64,000 bases of DNA, taken from Vulcanimicrobiota bacterium (lineage in GTDB: Bacteria > Vulcanimicrobiota > Vulcanimicrobiia > Vulcanimicrobiales > Vulcanimicrobiaceae). The DNA is taken from positions 192,958-256,957 of the forward strand of contig CAWAXX010000018.1 of assembly GCA_963786105.1 (NCBI GenBank), given 5' to 3'. The first letter of the stretch is position 1. Each line of letters begins with the position of its first letter. The notes under the pieces were generated by a model. That model was given only the letters and a program-made list of their open reading frames with translations. It ran no database searches and had not been told where the DNA came from. Shown in pieces: positions 10,004 through 20,161 of the stretch. Both the position numbers and the translations under genes were made by a program.

Positions 10004-11245
10004 ATGCCCGATTCCAAAGCGGCGATGCCGGCAGAGTTTGCCGGCATCGCCGCGCGAGTTAACGATTTTTACGAACGCCATCCCTACCCGCCGCCGAGAG
10101 ACGATCTCGAGGCATACCGCCGCGCTTGGGACGACGGCCGCCGGCGCGCCGAATCGCATCTCTTTTGGCCGTCCGAGCCGTATCGGGAAGATCGAAGCAT
10201 ACTCGTTGCCGGCTGCGGCACCGTCCAGGCCGCTCACTACGCGCTGCGCTGGCCGCGCGCCAACGTCGTCGGGATCGACGTCAGCGCGAAGAGCATCGCC
10301 TTCACACAATCGCTGAAACGCGAGCACGGGCTCGACAACCTCGAGGTTCGTCAGCTCGCCGTGGAACGCGCCCCCGAACTCGGCCAGGTCTTCGAGTACG
10401 TCGTCTGCACCGGCGTGCTCCATCATTTGCCCGATCCCGATGCCGGTCTGCGAGCCTTACGCGACGTGCTCGCGCCCACCGGCGCAATCAACGTGATGGT
10501 GTACGCGCCATATGGCCGTGCCGGGATCTACTTGCTGCAAGAGTACTGCCGGCGCCTCGGCATCGGCGTGACCGATCGCGATATAGCCGACCTCGCTGCA
10601 ACGCTGAAGGCTCTTCCGGCCGATCATCCCCTGGCACCGCTTCTTCGCAATTCGCCCGACTTCGCGGACAAGGCCGGCCTCGCCGACGCGTTACTCCATC
10701 CTCAGGACCGATCGTACTCCGTGCCCGAACTGTTGGCGTTTCTCGCGCGCGCCGGCCTAGCGTTCGGACGATGGGTGCGCCAGGCACCCTACTTACCGTG
10801 GTGCGGCGGCCTAGCGTCGGCACCGCACCACTCCAAGCTAGTCGCGCTGCCGCCCGAGGCGCAATACGCCGCCATCGAACTGTTCCGCGGAACGATGGTA
10901 CGCCACAGTGCGGTGGCCTATCGAGCGGACCAGCCGGCGCGCCGGATCTCCGTCGACTTCGACGGCGATGAGTGGCTCGATTACGCGCCCATTCGCTTAC
11001 CCGACACGATCGCCGTGCGCGATCGGTTGCCGCCCGGAGCGGCAGCGGTGCTGATAAACCGCAACCACACGCATGCCGATCTCTACCTACCGATCGACGC
11101 GCGCCAAGACCGGCTGTTTGCTGCCATCGATGGTCAACGCACGATCGCGCAAATCTGCAACGATTCCGGCGAACGCCGTCTGGCTCGGGACTTCTTCCGC
11201 CAACTGTGGCGATGGGATCAGGTCGTCTTTAAGGCGCCTTGCTGA
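10004..11245 (+). CDS. Class I SAM-dependent methyltransferase
   Basis: FYERHPYP, LVAGCGT, GIDVS and CTGVLHHLPDP motifs. Confidence 0.9.
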   Translation: MPDSKAAMPAEFAGIAARVNDFYERHPYPPPRDDLEAYRRAWDDGRRRAESHLFWPSEPYREDRSILVAGCGTVQAAHYALRWPRANVVGIDVSAKSIAFTQSLKREHGLDNLEVRQLAVERAPELGQVFEYVVCTGVLHHLPDPDAGLRALRDVLAPTGAINVMVYAPYGRAGIYLLQEYCRRLGIGVTDRDIADLAATLKALPADHPLAPLLRNSPDFADKAGLADALLHPQDRSYSVPELLAFLARAGLAFGRWVRQAPYLPWCGGLASAPHHSKLVALPPEAQYAAIELFRGTMVRHSAVAYRADQPARRISVDFDGDEWLDYAPIRLPDTIAVRDRLPPGAAAVLINRNHTHADLYLPIDARQDRLFAAIDGQRTIAQICNDSGERRLARDFFRQLWRWDQVVFKAPC

Positions 11246-12197
11246 CCGTCGCGCCTAAAGGAACGTAAACGCCGGGAATCGTTTTGACGGGCGAGCCGCC
11301 GGCGGGGTAGCTCCATATCCCGACGTCTGCCGCTCCAGCATCCGGTCCGATGACCTTCGAGCCCGCAATCCAGAACTGAAACACTTCCGTGGCACCGTTG
11401 AGCGGCGTCGATCCGACGACCGTCCCCTTCTTTCCCTTGATGCTAAACCGGTAGATGACGTTCGTCGCTTGGTCGCCGATCGCCACGTGCTTGCCGTCCC
11501 ACGCAACGCCGCCGGCGCTTCCGATGCTCTGGTTCAAAGCGAGGGTCTGCAGGCTCGTGCCGCCGCTGCGCAACTCGGCTACTTCGGACGCGCTAGCCGC
11601 GCTAAGACCATCGACGAAGAGATTTCCCGCGTCGTCGTAACCGCACAGAAGCATCCCATTGATGTCCGGATCGACGTAGTGACCTCGAGGGGATCCCTTC
11701 GCGCCTTTGTAAATGACGACGTTGCCCTGCGCGCTGCTGGTTGTCGAGAAGTTCGTGACGGCGAGATTCCCCGTCGCCGGATCGACGGAACAGCCAACCG
11801 GGAAGTAACCTGCATCCTTGAGGGTCGCAATCGGGCTGGTACCGCCGTGCGCGTACTCGATGATATTGCTGTTTGCGGTGTTCGTTATGAAAACGTCACC
11901 GTTCTTGTCGACGCACTCGCCGGCCGGATCCGCGAAACCGGTCAGCGTTCCTTTCAGGGTACCGTTCGGATACGAGAACACGTAGACGTCGCTAGTTTGC
12001 GTGTCGGAAACGTAGAGCAGATTCCCCCTCTTTACGTCGGGAGCCATCCACGAGCGGCCACGGTCTACGTGCTTCGCCATCGACGGCCTCGGCGGAACTG
12101 CGCCCGCTCCGACCGGTGATCCCTGTCCACCGCACGCCGCCAGCAGAGCGATAAGGCCTAAGCCTCCTGTCTTACGGCGAAAATCCAAGAGCCCCAT
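11229..12197 (-). CDS. Lipoprotein with NHL-like beta-propeller repeats
   Basis: Lipobox LAAC; repeated P.G..VD..G.v.vtn units. Confidence 0.8.
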   Translation of the reverse strand: MGLLDFRRKTGGLGLIALLAACGGQGSPVGAGAVPPRPSMAKHVDRGRSWMAPDVKRGNLLYVSDTQTSDVYVFSYPNGTLKGTLTGFADPAGECVDKNGDVFITNTANSNIIEYAHGGTSPIATLKDAGYFPVGCSVDPATGNLAVTNFSTTSSAQGNVVIYKGAKGSPRGHYVDPDINGMLLCGYDDAGNLFVDGLSAASASEVAELRSGGTSLQTLALNQSIGSAGGVAWDGKHVAIGDQATNVIYRFSIKGKKGTVVGSTPLNGATEVFQFWIAGSKVIGPDAGAADVGIWSYPAGGSPVKTIPGVYVPLGATVSKAP

Positions 12198-12240
12198 CTC
12201 CTACTCCGTTCTGGGCGGGCCAACGTGAGAAATCGTGACG

Positions 12241-13644
12241 CTAATCGGCGTCAGGTATCCGTCGATCTATCGGCTGGTGCATGAAGTCGCGTTGCTTGAG
12301 ACTCGAAGGGATGGCGACGAACGGCCGCGGCGGTTTCGAGAAATCGAAACAATCTCTCGCCGGCGAATTAGCGCGCGTGTCGCTTTGGGCGAGGCGAGGT
12401 AAGCCGAACTGATCTTCGACGAAGCGCAAAATGCTGCCGTGTTCGTATTGCACGTGCGACACGTAGTGTTTTTTCGCATAGGCCGAGATGACCAGCAGCG
12501 GGACTCGCATTCCGAGCCCGTCGTAGTCGACCATCGGCGGCGCAACGTGATCGTACCACCCGCCGTAGTCATCCCACATGACGAAAATGGCGGTGGACTT
12601 CCAATACTTGCTTTCGCCGATCGCGTTGACGAGCGACGCTACCCACGCAGGACCCGTGGTTAAAGAACAGCTGGCGTGATCGGAGTTCGAACACGTCGGC
12701 GTTATCCAGCTGACCGCCGGCAAATTTCCGCTGCTTACGGCGTTAAAAAACTTGGTTTGCGGGGTGATGACGTTCTTGCTCCAGTCCCGGCCGTACCGGA
12801 TGTGACGAATCGCCTGGTAAGCGCTCCAGATGCCGTCACCTCCGGTCAGACTCGAAGTGTAGTATCCCCACGATAGACCGGCGGCATCGAGTTCGTCGCC
12901 CAACGTCTGACTATCGAAGCAGACCGGTACCCACGCCCCAAACTGACGGTTTTGCAAGAGCGTACGGATGGTGTCGCTCGGACCACCGTCGCATCCCCAC
13001 TGGCCGACCGGAAAGTTGACCGTCGAGTTGGCTTGGCCGCCGATGATGTACTGATGCGAAACGAAGCTGCTGGCGTCCAGGTTCGACTCGAACATCCTGT
13101 CCGCCAAGACGAAACCTTTCGCGATGTCGAAATATGGCGCGGACTCGGTTCGCGGGACGTAGGCATACTGCGGGTGCTGATTCGGGCACGGCGGCTCGAA
13201 GTTATTATGACCGCAACTCACCGCCTCACGGTTGAACCCGTCCATTTTGCAACCGGTGCCCGGGACGCTACCTTGACCATCGCACGCATGAAAGAAGCCG
13301 GTGGAGTCGTGTTCGACGTCCCACGGGATTTCGAGACTGATGGGTGCGAGTCTCACTTTTTCGCCGGTATCGGTGTAGCCGTAGGACTGACTATCGGCGC
13401 CTGCGTATCCCTGAAACAGGTTATCGAAGCTGCGGTTCTCCTGCACAACGATCACGACGTGCTGGATCTTGTTGGCGGCGTTTGGGTGCGGCGCCGACTT
13501 TCGAATGCTCGCGAGCAGCTGCTGCGGATTCGAAGCCAGTGGGACGACCACCGGTCCCCCCGCGCCGCCTCTCCCGCACGCGCAAAAAGCCGTCACTATC
13601 GCAGCTGCGGTGACGGCTCGAAAGAAGACACTGAGCGTGCGCAT
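12241..13644 (-). CDS. Phosphoesterase / phospholipase C family lipoprotein
   Basis: [29 protein letters not shown] and [10 protein letters not shown] motifs; lipobox-like FCAC. Confidence 0.92.
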   Translation of the reverse strand: MRTLSVFFRAVTAAAIVTAFCACGRGGAGGPVVVPLASNPQQLLASIRKSAPHPNAANKIQHVVIVVQENRSFDNLFQGYAGADSQSYGYTDTGEKVRLAPISLEIPWDVEHDSTGFFHACDGQGSVPGTGCKMDGFNREAVSCGHNNFEPPCPNQHPQYAYVPRTESAPYFDIAKGFVLADRMFESNLDASSFVSHQYIIGGQANSTVNFPVGQWGCDGGPSDTIRTLLQNRQFGAWVPVCFDSQTLGDELDAAGLSWGYYTSSLTGGDGIWSAYQAIRHIRYGRDWSKNVITPQTKFFNAVSSGNLPAVSWITPTCSNSDHASCSLTTGPAWVASLVNAIGESKYWKSTAIFVMWDDYGGWYDHVAPPMVDYDGLGMRVPLLVISAYAKKHYVSHVQYEHGSILRFVEDQFGLPRLAQSDTRANSPARDCFDFSKPPRPFVAIPSSLKQRDFMHQPIDRRIPDAD

Positions 13645-13741
13645 GAATTTCCTTCGTTTGGTCGGCCTTGCAAAACAGACTGCGGCGCCACACCCCACAC
13701 GCGCGTGACGCCGCAGTTATCGCTTTTCGAACGTGAGGCGT

Positions 13742-14149
13742 TTACCGGCGCTTGCGGCCGGTGGATTTCTTGGCCACCGCCTTGCGGACTATCGCCTTGC
13801 GGACGATCGCCTTGCGGACCGCCTTCTTAGCAGCGGGTCTGGCCGCCGTCTTCCTCGCCTTGCGCGGGCCGCGCTTCGACATCACGGCCTCTCTCAGCGC
13901 TTTGGCCACCAAGAATTTGAAGACCCGTTTCGCCGGAACCTTAACTTGCTCGCCGGTTGCGGGATTGCGGGCCATGCGCGCCGCGCGATCGCGAACCTTA
14001 AACTGGCCAAACCCAGGGATCTTCACGGGCTCGCCGCTCATTACCGCTTCCTGAATGTCTTCAAACACGCCATCGATGAGTGCGACGGCATCCTTGCGCG
14101 AGAGCTCGAGCCGTTCCATCGCCGACCTGGTCAAATCTACCTTGTTCAT
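13742..14149 (-). CDS. hup: HU family DNA-binding protein with a Lys/Ala/Arg-rich C-terminal tail
   Basis: MNKVDL...IPGFGQF...ARNPATGE...F...KALREAV followed by a ~45-aa basic tail. Confidence 0.92.
   Translation of the reverse strand: MNKVDLTRSAMERLELSRKDAVALIDGVFEDIQEAVMSGEPVKIPGFGQFKVRDRAARMARNPATGEQVKVPAKRVFKFLVAKALREAVMSKRGPRKARKTAARPAAKKAVRKAIVRKAIVRKAVAKKSTGRKRR
13778..13819. repeat. 15-bp-period tandem repeat (CGCCTTGCGGAC x3) encoding VRKAI units of the HU tail
   Basis: Copies start at 13778, 13793 and 13808. Confidence 0.85.
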
Positions 14150-14336
14150 CCGTACCTTTCCGTGTGAGAGCAAAGCACTTCAGCCTTCACTACCGCTTCA
14201 ATCCATGATTTCCTATGAAATTCGTGAAAATTTGGGCTATTTCTTGGGAAAATCTTCGACTATCGTTGCACCTCGCGACGTGCGCAGACGACGCCACCGC
14301 GAGGGAAGCGGCGGACGCGACCCGTAAATCCCGACG

Positions 14337-15614
14337 ATGCGCGGCGGTCCCACGTTTGCTTCCGGTCCGTTACGCGGCGCGCTGTCGGTACCGGGCGACA
14401 AGTCCATCTCGCACCGCGCCTTGATCGCCGCGACGTGCGCCCGCCAACCCATTTCCATTTCGAACCTGAACCCCGGTCGCGACGTCCGCGCGACGCGCGA
14501 AGCCCTGGCGGCACTGGGCGTCGCGGTCCAGAGCGACGCGACCGGGGTGACCGTTGCCGGCGCGACGTTGTGCGCGCCGGCCGCACCGCTCGATTGCATG
14601 AACTCGGGTTCGACCGCGCGGATGATGCTCGGTGCCTGTGCCGGAGCGAACGTTCCGGCGCGGTTTGACGGCGACGCCTCGCTTCGGCGCCGCCCTATGG
14701 AGCCGGTCGCCGCGCAGCTTCGCGCATTTGGCGCGAGAATCGACACCACCGCCGGCCGCCTGCCGATAACGCTAGCTGGAACGCCAGCTGTCGAAACCCG
14801 CAATTTCATCCTGCTCGCGCCCTCGGCGCAAGTAAAGTCGGCATTGCTGTTTGCGGCCGCGTACGCGGGGGTTTCGATAACGGTGACCGGCGATCGCGGA
14901 TCTCGCGACCACACCGAGCGAATTCTTCGTTACCTGGGCGCCGGCGTCGAGTGGGACGGCCGCCGGGTAGCGTTCAATCCCGACCGATTTCGCGCAGCGC
15001 CCATCCATGTAGCGGGCGATTTTTCGTCCGCGGCGTTCTTCATCACCGCGGCGACGATCACGCCGGGCAGTGCGATCGTCGTACGCGACGTCGGCGTTAA
15101 TCCGACGCGCACGGGGCTCTTGGACGCGCTGATACAGATGGGCGCCCGGATCGAGGTATATAATCCGCGAGACGCATGTGGCGAGCCGGTTGCCGACATC
15201 GCCGTGGAACACGCCGCGCTGCACTCAACGGTCATCGGCCCCGATCTTGCTCTGCGTGCAATCGACGAGATTCCGCTGCTGGCGGTCGCCGCGGCATTCG
15301 CGCTGGGTGAGACCCGGATCGACGGCATCGGCGCGTTGCGATCGAAGGAATCCGACCGGATTGCCGCCATCGGACGCCTAGCCAACGCGGTTGGAATTCA
15401 GGTCGAGCTGCAGCGCACCGGTCTGAAGGTCCGTGGGGCCGTCCCCGCGCCGCGAGGTGAGGTGGTGGTTACCGGCGACGATCATCGTATCGCGATGGCT
15501 GCAGCGGTGCTCGCGTGCGCAGCCGGTCCGATTGCCGTCGACAGCACCAGCAGCATCGACGTCAGCTTTCCGTCTTTTCTTGAGACGCTCGACGGCGTGC
15601 GCGCCGGTAGCTAG
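14337..15614 (+). CDS. aroA: 3-phosphoshikimate 1-carboxyvinyltransferase
   Basis: PGDKSISHR, SAQVKSA, RDHTER, KESDRI and DDHRIAM motifs. Confidence 0.97.
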   Translation: MRGGPTFASGPLRGALSVPGDKSISHRALIAATCARQPISISNLNPGRDVRATREALAALGVAVQSDATGVTVAGATLCAPAAPLDCMNSGSTARMMLGACAGANVPARFDGDASLRRRPMEPVAAQLRAFGARIDTTAGRLPITLAGTPAVETRNFILLAPSAQVKSALLFAAAYAGVSITVTGDRGSRDHTERILRYLGAGVEWDGRRVAFNPDRFRAAPIHVAGDFSSAAFFITAATITPGSAIVVRDVGVNPTRTGLLDALIQMGARIEVYNPRDACGEPVADIAVEHAALHSTVIGPDLALRAIDEIPLLAVAAAFALGETRIDGIGALRSKESDRIAAIGRLANAVGIQVELQRTGLKVRGAVPAPRGEVVVTGDDHRIAMAAAVLACAAGPIAVDSTSSIDVSFPSFLETLDGVRAGS

Positions 15615-15943
15615 CGAAGCGCTCGAAGCGCACGGAGCGCCAAACCGGCGATGCGCAATGCGGCCATCGCTTCACGCAATCGCAGGCCAGCGATCCCGGC
15701 GCGGATCTCCTCGACTGCTCCGCTCATGCGAACCAGTTGCTCGTGCATCGCGCCGAAATCACGGCCGACCCGCGTTACGGCCGACTCCAGGCGCCCGGAA
15801 TCCAGAAGCGCCAGCGGAGTGGCAGCCTGGAGACGATCGGCATGGTCCTGGAGCGTGCGCCAGGCGCGCGCGCACGCGCTCGCGCCGACGATCGCGCATA
15901 TCGCCGCAAGCACCGCACAAACGGCCGGGATAAGCCAGAACAC
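15611..15943 (-). CDS. Small single-TM coiled-coil protein
   Basis: N-terminal hydrophobic helix; directly downstream of the FmdB gene. Confidence 0.55.
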   Translation of the reverse strand: MFWLIPAVCAVLAAICAIVGASACARAWRTLQDHADRLQAATPLALLDSGRLESAVTRVGRDFGAMHEQLVRMSGAVEEIRAGIAGLRLREAMAALRIAGLALRALRALR

Positions 15944-15946
15944 CGT

Positions 15947-16273
15947 TTAGGCTGCCGGTTCGGCTGCCTTGGATTTTGCCGGCGTCGAGTCGGCGGAAGC
16001 GGCGCTCGGCTCCGGTTTGGGCGTTTCGGTTTTTGCAGAAGCGGGCTTGTCGGTCGAGGATGACTCCGCCGGCGCCGACGTCTCCGACGCGCGGCCTTTG
16101 CGCGAGTCGGTCACGTAAAAGCCCGACCCCTTGAACACGATTGGCGCCGGATTGAAAACGCGGGCAAGGGGCCCACCGCAAGCCGGGCACGGATCACCGT
16201 GGGCCTCGTTAAAGCCGTGACGTACCTCGGAGACCCTCCCGCACTGGGCGCATTTGTAATCGTAAAGCGGCAT
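15947..16273 (-). CDS. FmdB family zinc-ribbon protein
   Basis: MPLYDYKCxxC...CPACGG...FKGSGFYVTD. Confidence 0.92.
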   Translation of the reverse strand: MPLYDYKCAQCGRVSEVRHGFNEAHGDPCPACGGPLARVFNPAPIVFKGSGFYVTDSRKGRASETSAPAESSSTDKPASAKTETPKPEPSAASADSTPAKSKAAEPAA

Positions 16274-16283
16274 GCTTAGGGCC

Positions 16284-16289
16284 AGTATA
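16284..16289 (-). promoter_or_regulatory. Putative -10 box (TATACT) for the FmdB gene, implying a very short leader
   Basis: Hexamer lies 10 nt upstream of the ATG; no SD visible. Confidence 0.45.
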
Positions 16290-16338
16290 CCCGGTTTTAG
16301 CACTCTAGGTCAACGACTGCCAACTGGCGCCTTAGGCG

Positions 16339-16863
16339 CTAGAGATCTGCCAGCACGGCATCGTCGCGGCGATACTCCACTAGCCCCTTGAAGTGGACGA
16401 GCGCGTCGTCGAGCGCGGCGGCGAGTTTGCGCCCGTGGCGCCATCCGTCCATGAGCGCCCCAAGCCGTCCGTGATACGCGGGGTAGGTTAATCGAACGTG
16501 CACGCGCGAACGCGTCGTCCGGCGTTCTATGCGGAAATCCAGGCGGCGCCGCACCGAGTACGCGCCCACCAGCGACAGGTGATAGTTCGACATGAAGGCG
16601 TCGACTTCGTACAACTGCTCTTCTTCGCCGGGCAGCGAGGAGCGCACGATCACTTCGCTGCCGACACCGATTGGCGAACCGGCCGTAACCAAACGCGCGC
16701 TGCGCAGAAACGAGAGCCACACCGGCCATTTCTCAACCGCGCAAAGGAGCGTGAACGCTTCTTCAGCGCTGCTATTGACGTCGAGGCTCGCGTACAACGG
16801 GCGACGTCCCAAATTAGCGTCGGGATCGCTCACAATAGCCATGCGCGAACGTTCTGCTTCCAA
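16339..16863 (-). CDS. SRPBCC (polyketide cyclase/START-like) family protein
   Basis: AF.LL..VEKWPVW and C-terminal L..FK.LVE pattern. Confidence 0.75.
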   Translation of the reverse strand: MEAERSRMAIVSDPDANLGRRPLYASLDVNSSAEEAFTLLCAVEKWPVWLSFLRSARLVTAGSPIGVGSEVIVRSSLPGEEEQLYEVDAFMSNYHLSLVGAYSVRRRLDFRIERRTTRSRVHVRLTYPAYHGRLGALMDGWRHGRKLAAALDDALVHFKGLVEYRRDDAVLADL

Positions 16864-16908
16864 GTCATAGGACCTTCTTAAATATCATCCACAACGAGCT
16901 GTGAATGG

Positions 16909-18061
16909 CTATGCACCGAATCCACCGCTGCCGAATCGCGTCGCAAACGCGACGAGCGTCGCGACGCCGACTGGCAACGCATCTTCGTCGATGCGAAACT
17001 CCGAACTGTGGCCCGAATGAGTCGCGCCTGCTCGTTCGCTACGAATGCCGAGACGGATTTGCAATCCCGGAACCCGCTGCGCGAAGTATGCGAAGTCCTC
17101 AGCACCCATCGTCGGCATCATTCGCTCTACGTGCACAGCCGTGCGCTCGCGCATGTACCGCGCGAAATTCTCGGCGAGCGCTTCGTCGTTGACGACGGGC
17201 GGATACCCGCGCAGAATCCGCGTTTCGCCGCGCACGTTGTAGGCTCCGGCGATACCGTCGACGATACGGCGTACTCGCAGGTCCAATCCGTCGCGAATCG
17301 TTGGGTCGAACGCGCGCAGGGTTCCCGACATTTCGACGACGTCCGCGATCACGTTGTTGCGATAACCTCCCGCAATCGTTCCGATGGTCACGACGACGCT
17401 TGCGAGCGGATCCGTTTCTCTCGCGGCGATGTTTTGCAAGCCGAGAACCATCGCGGCGGCAGCCGGGACGGCATCGACGGCGGTGTGCGGATAAGCTCCG
17501 TGGCCACCCTTTCCGCGAACCGTCAGATAGAATTCGTCGGCCGAGGCGTTCACCGGTCCGGGCGTAATGCCGATGCTCGCCCGCTTCGAGTCGCGTATCG
17601 ACGTGCAGCATCGCAATCGCTTCGACTTTCGGATCGTCGAGCACGCCTTGCTCGATCATCGGATCAGCACCGCCCGGCCCTTCTTCCGCCGGCTGAAAGA
17701 TCAGCACGACGGTGCCGCAGAGCCCTTCGCGTTCGCCCGCGAGCACGCGGGCTGCACCCAGCAGCATCGCCGTATGCGCGTCGTGGCCGCACGCGTGCAT
17801 TTTCCCGTCGATCTCCGACGCAAACGGCAGACCGGTGCGCTCGGTAATCGGCAGCGCATCCATATCGGCACGCAACGCAACAACGCGCCCCGGTTTTCCG
17901 CCGCGCACGATGCCGACGACGCCGGTCGTCGCTAACCGGCGGTGCTCTATGCCGAGGGCGTTCAGCTCGCGTTCCACGAGCGCAGCCGTCTCGTGCTCTT
18001 CGAAGCCCAGCTCGGGCCGGCGGTGGATCGCTCGCCGCAGTTCGACGACCCGCGCGACCAA
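16909..18061 (-). pseudogene. M20D amidohydrolase, split by a +1 frameshift at ~17575-17580
   Basis: RR.IH..PELGFEE, RADMDALP, MHACGHD and FQPAEE in frame 1; GKGGHGAYPH, GAEDF and HS..F.IDE in frame 2. An upstream ATG (18085) is cut off by an in-frame TAA (18074-18076). Confidence 0.85.
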
Positions 18062-18144
18062 GGATTCCTTCGGTTAGACGACCATTCGCCCGACTTTAAA
18101 CGGCGGTATCGGCGTTTCCTGCCCGCGAATAGCCTCACCCGACA

Positions 18145-18907
18145 ATGATACCTGCCGACGTAGCCTTCGCACTGCTGATCAACCGGACGACCGACAACTA
18201 CCAGGCCAATCCGCCGGCGTACATGACGTACACGGAGCGCACGCACGTGACCGCGCCATCGCTGGGCCGCACCCAGGATATCAATCGCTCGATTGCGGTT
18301 CGCGTCGCCGACGACTATGCGGTCATGCGCGATCTGCCCAACGGCGGACCGCGCACCGGTCAAGCGTTCCCGATCATCGCGTACTTCGATCCGTTATCGG
18401 CATTTCAATTCAGCTACTTCGCAAACATGAAACGCGTCGACATCACGCTGCAGCTCGGCCAGCCGATCGTCTTGCGCACGCCGCCGCCGGATCCGTACGT
18501 AAACGTCCTAGTTCCGTACAACAGCTTTTTGAATTCGCGCTATGCACCGGATTCTACCGAAGCCGCGATTCATCTCCTGATCGATCCGACGCCGCGGGTG
18601 AAGGGCTTCTATCCAAGCGAAGTGATCGAGGATGCCCAGACGCACCTGCCCTCGCACGTCGAGATTCGCGTCACCGGCGCTGACGACGAATCTGATCGCG
18701 CTCGACTACAAGGTGATCGATGGGCACTGGGTCATCACGCACGGGACGTTCAGCGCGACCGAGCACGTCGTCTTCCTGACGTTCAAAGTCGTCGCCGACG
18801 TGACGTTCAGCGATATCGCATTTCCGAACGAAGCCCCCGATCCCAGACTTGCGGGCAGTCCGCTGCCGTCGCCGGCATCCTCGCCGCCGGCATCCTCGCC
18901 GCCGTAA
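18145..18907 (+). pseudogene. Hypothetical protein, split by a +1 frameshift at ~18691
   Basis: Protein-like sequence continues in another frame (LIALDYKVIDGHWVI...APDPRL) if one base is removed after GAC GAC GAA. Confidence 0.6.
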
Positions 18908-18917
18908 CAGTGTCGCT

Positions 18918-18949
18918 TTTAGCCAAACCGCGACAAAGATATGGCTAAA
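18918..18949. terminator. Hairpin TTTAGCCA...TGGCTAAA, possible bidirectional terminator
   Basis: 8-bp inverted repeat between a convergent CDS and the tRNA-derived repeat. Confidence 0.4.
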
Positions 18950-18952
18950 TCA

Positions 18953-18985
18953 GATGGCGGAGAGGGAGAGATTCGAACTCTCGGA
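18953..18985 (-). repeat. 33-bp exact duplicate of the tRNA-Ser(CGA) 3' end
   Basis: GATGGCGGAGAGGGAGAGATTCGAACTCTCGGA at both 18953 and 19142. Confidence 0.95.
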
Positions 18986-19099
18986 CCCACTCCCCACGCG
19001 GCACGCCGCGCGGGGACCCCAACGCTCTCAGTGCCGCTTCGGCGCTCCGCGCCAACGCTGATGAGCGTTCCGAGAGTCCGGACGTCGACGCCATAACAC

Positions 19100-19143
19100 T
19101 CGAAACGCAAAACCCGGCCGAATTGGCCGGGTTTGCGTTTCGA
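19100..19143 (-). terminator. Long hairpin immediately 3' of tRNA-Ser(CGA)
   Basis: TCGAAACGCAAAACCCGGCC / GGCCGGGTTTGCGTTTCGA inverted repeat. Confidence 0.7.
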
Positions 19144-19234
19144 TGGCGGAGAGGGAGAGATTCGAACTCTCGGAACGCTCATCACGTTCGCCCGCTTTCG
19201 AGGCGGGTGCCTTCAACCACTCGACCACCTCTCC
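19144..19234 (-). tRNA. tRNA-Ser(CGA)
   Basis: GGAGAGG acceptor, CCCGC-CTCGAAA-GCGGG anticodon arm, long variable arm, encoded CCA. Confidence 0.96.
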
Positions 19235-19254
19235 GCGTCGGGCGACCGGCCTTA

Positions 19255-19743
19255 TTACGGCGCCGCTGGTTCGATGCCTTCAGACCGGCGATTTAGGCGC
19301 TTGCGCGCAAAGAACTCCAGCAACTGCGCGGCCGTCTCGGTTTGCAGAACTCCGGCTTCGACGTCGATGCGGTGATTCGTGTCGCGCGAGCGCAGAATGT
19401 CGAAAGCGCCGCCGTCGGCGCCGCCCTTGGTGTCGTTGGCGCCGTAAACTAACCGGTTGATTCGCGCGGCGATCATCGCACCCGCACACATCACGCAGGG
19501 CTCTTTGGTAACGTACACGGTTGCGTTCTCGAGGCGCCAGGTTCCGAGCTGCTGCGACGCGCGTTGCAACGCCAGCATCTCCGCATGCGCGGTGGCGTCG
19601 GACCGCGTTTCCTTTTCGTTATGCGCCTCGACGACGAGCTGCCCGCTCACCAACACGGCGCCGACCGGCACCTCACCGGCGGCGTCGGCTTCCCGGGCAA
19701 GCGCCAGGGCTCGGCGCATGTATCGTTCGTCTTGGTCGATCAT
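19255..19743 (-). CDS. tadA: tRNA adenosine(34) deaminase
   Basis: GEVPVGAV, HAE and EPCVMC zinc motifs; L.EFF..KR C-terminus. Confidence 0.93.
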   Translation of the reverse strand: MIDQDERYMRRALALAREADAAGEVPVGAVLVSGQLVVEAHNEKETRSDATAHAEMLALQRASQQLGTWRLENATVYVTKEPCVMCAGAMIAARINRLVYGANDTKGGADGGAFDILRSRDTNHRIDVEAGVLQTETAAQLLEFFARKRLNRRSEGIEPAAP

Positions 19744-19776
19744 GAAGTCGCGGCGCAATCAGCCGCACGGTGAAAG

Positions 19777-19853
19777 TGGCGCGCCCGGAGGGATTCGAAC
19801 CCCCGATCCCAGCCTTCGGAGGGCTGTGCGTTATCCAGCTACGCTACGGGCGC
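19777..19853 (-). tRNA. tRNA-Arg(CCG)
   Basis: CAGCC-CTCCGAA-GGCTG anticodon arm; encoded CCA. Confidence 0.96.
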
Positions 19854-19859
19854 ACGCTT

Positions 19860-20093
19860 CTAGGGTTCTGGCGCCGCCGGACCGGCGCTAGGAATGTGTT
19901 TGAACAAGTCGAGCTTGTGATCGACGAGCGTACGGTAAAACTTTCGAACGCAATCGGGATGCCCGAAGAAATACGTACGCGCGTAGGCAAGATCGTCACC
20001 CGAGCTGTCGGGGACGTAGTGCGAGATCTCGATCTCTTCCATCTGCACCCTGTCGACGGGATGGGGACAGAAATCGCACGGAATGGTGGACAT
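19860..20093 (-). CDS. Small hypothetical protein with CxxC...HxxC
   Basis: 77 aa, CDFC and HPDC, located between tRNA genes. Confidence 0.6.
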   Translation of the reverse strand: MSTIPCDFCPHPVDRVQMEEIEISHYVPDSSGDDLAYARTYFFGHPDCVRKFYRTLVDHKLDLFKHIPSAGPAAPEP

Positions 20094-20161
20094 GACGGAT
20101 TAATACCTCGAGAACGACATCGGCCGCCTTCTTCATTTCGGCGGCCGACGCCATTGAAACT

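Noticed and set aside
1984..13700. Genomic island integrated at tRNA-Leu
   Set aside because: Content is accessory, but I found no integrase and no second copy of the tRNA-Leu 3' end.
14208..14221. Imperfect palindrome ATTTCCTATGAAAT between hup and aroA
   Set aside because: Could be an operator, but it is a single instance in an AT-rich promoter region with no regulator to assign.
16883..16891. DnaA-box-like TCATCCACA
   Set aside because: Single imperfect box with no cluster or origin context.
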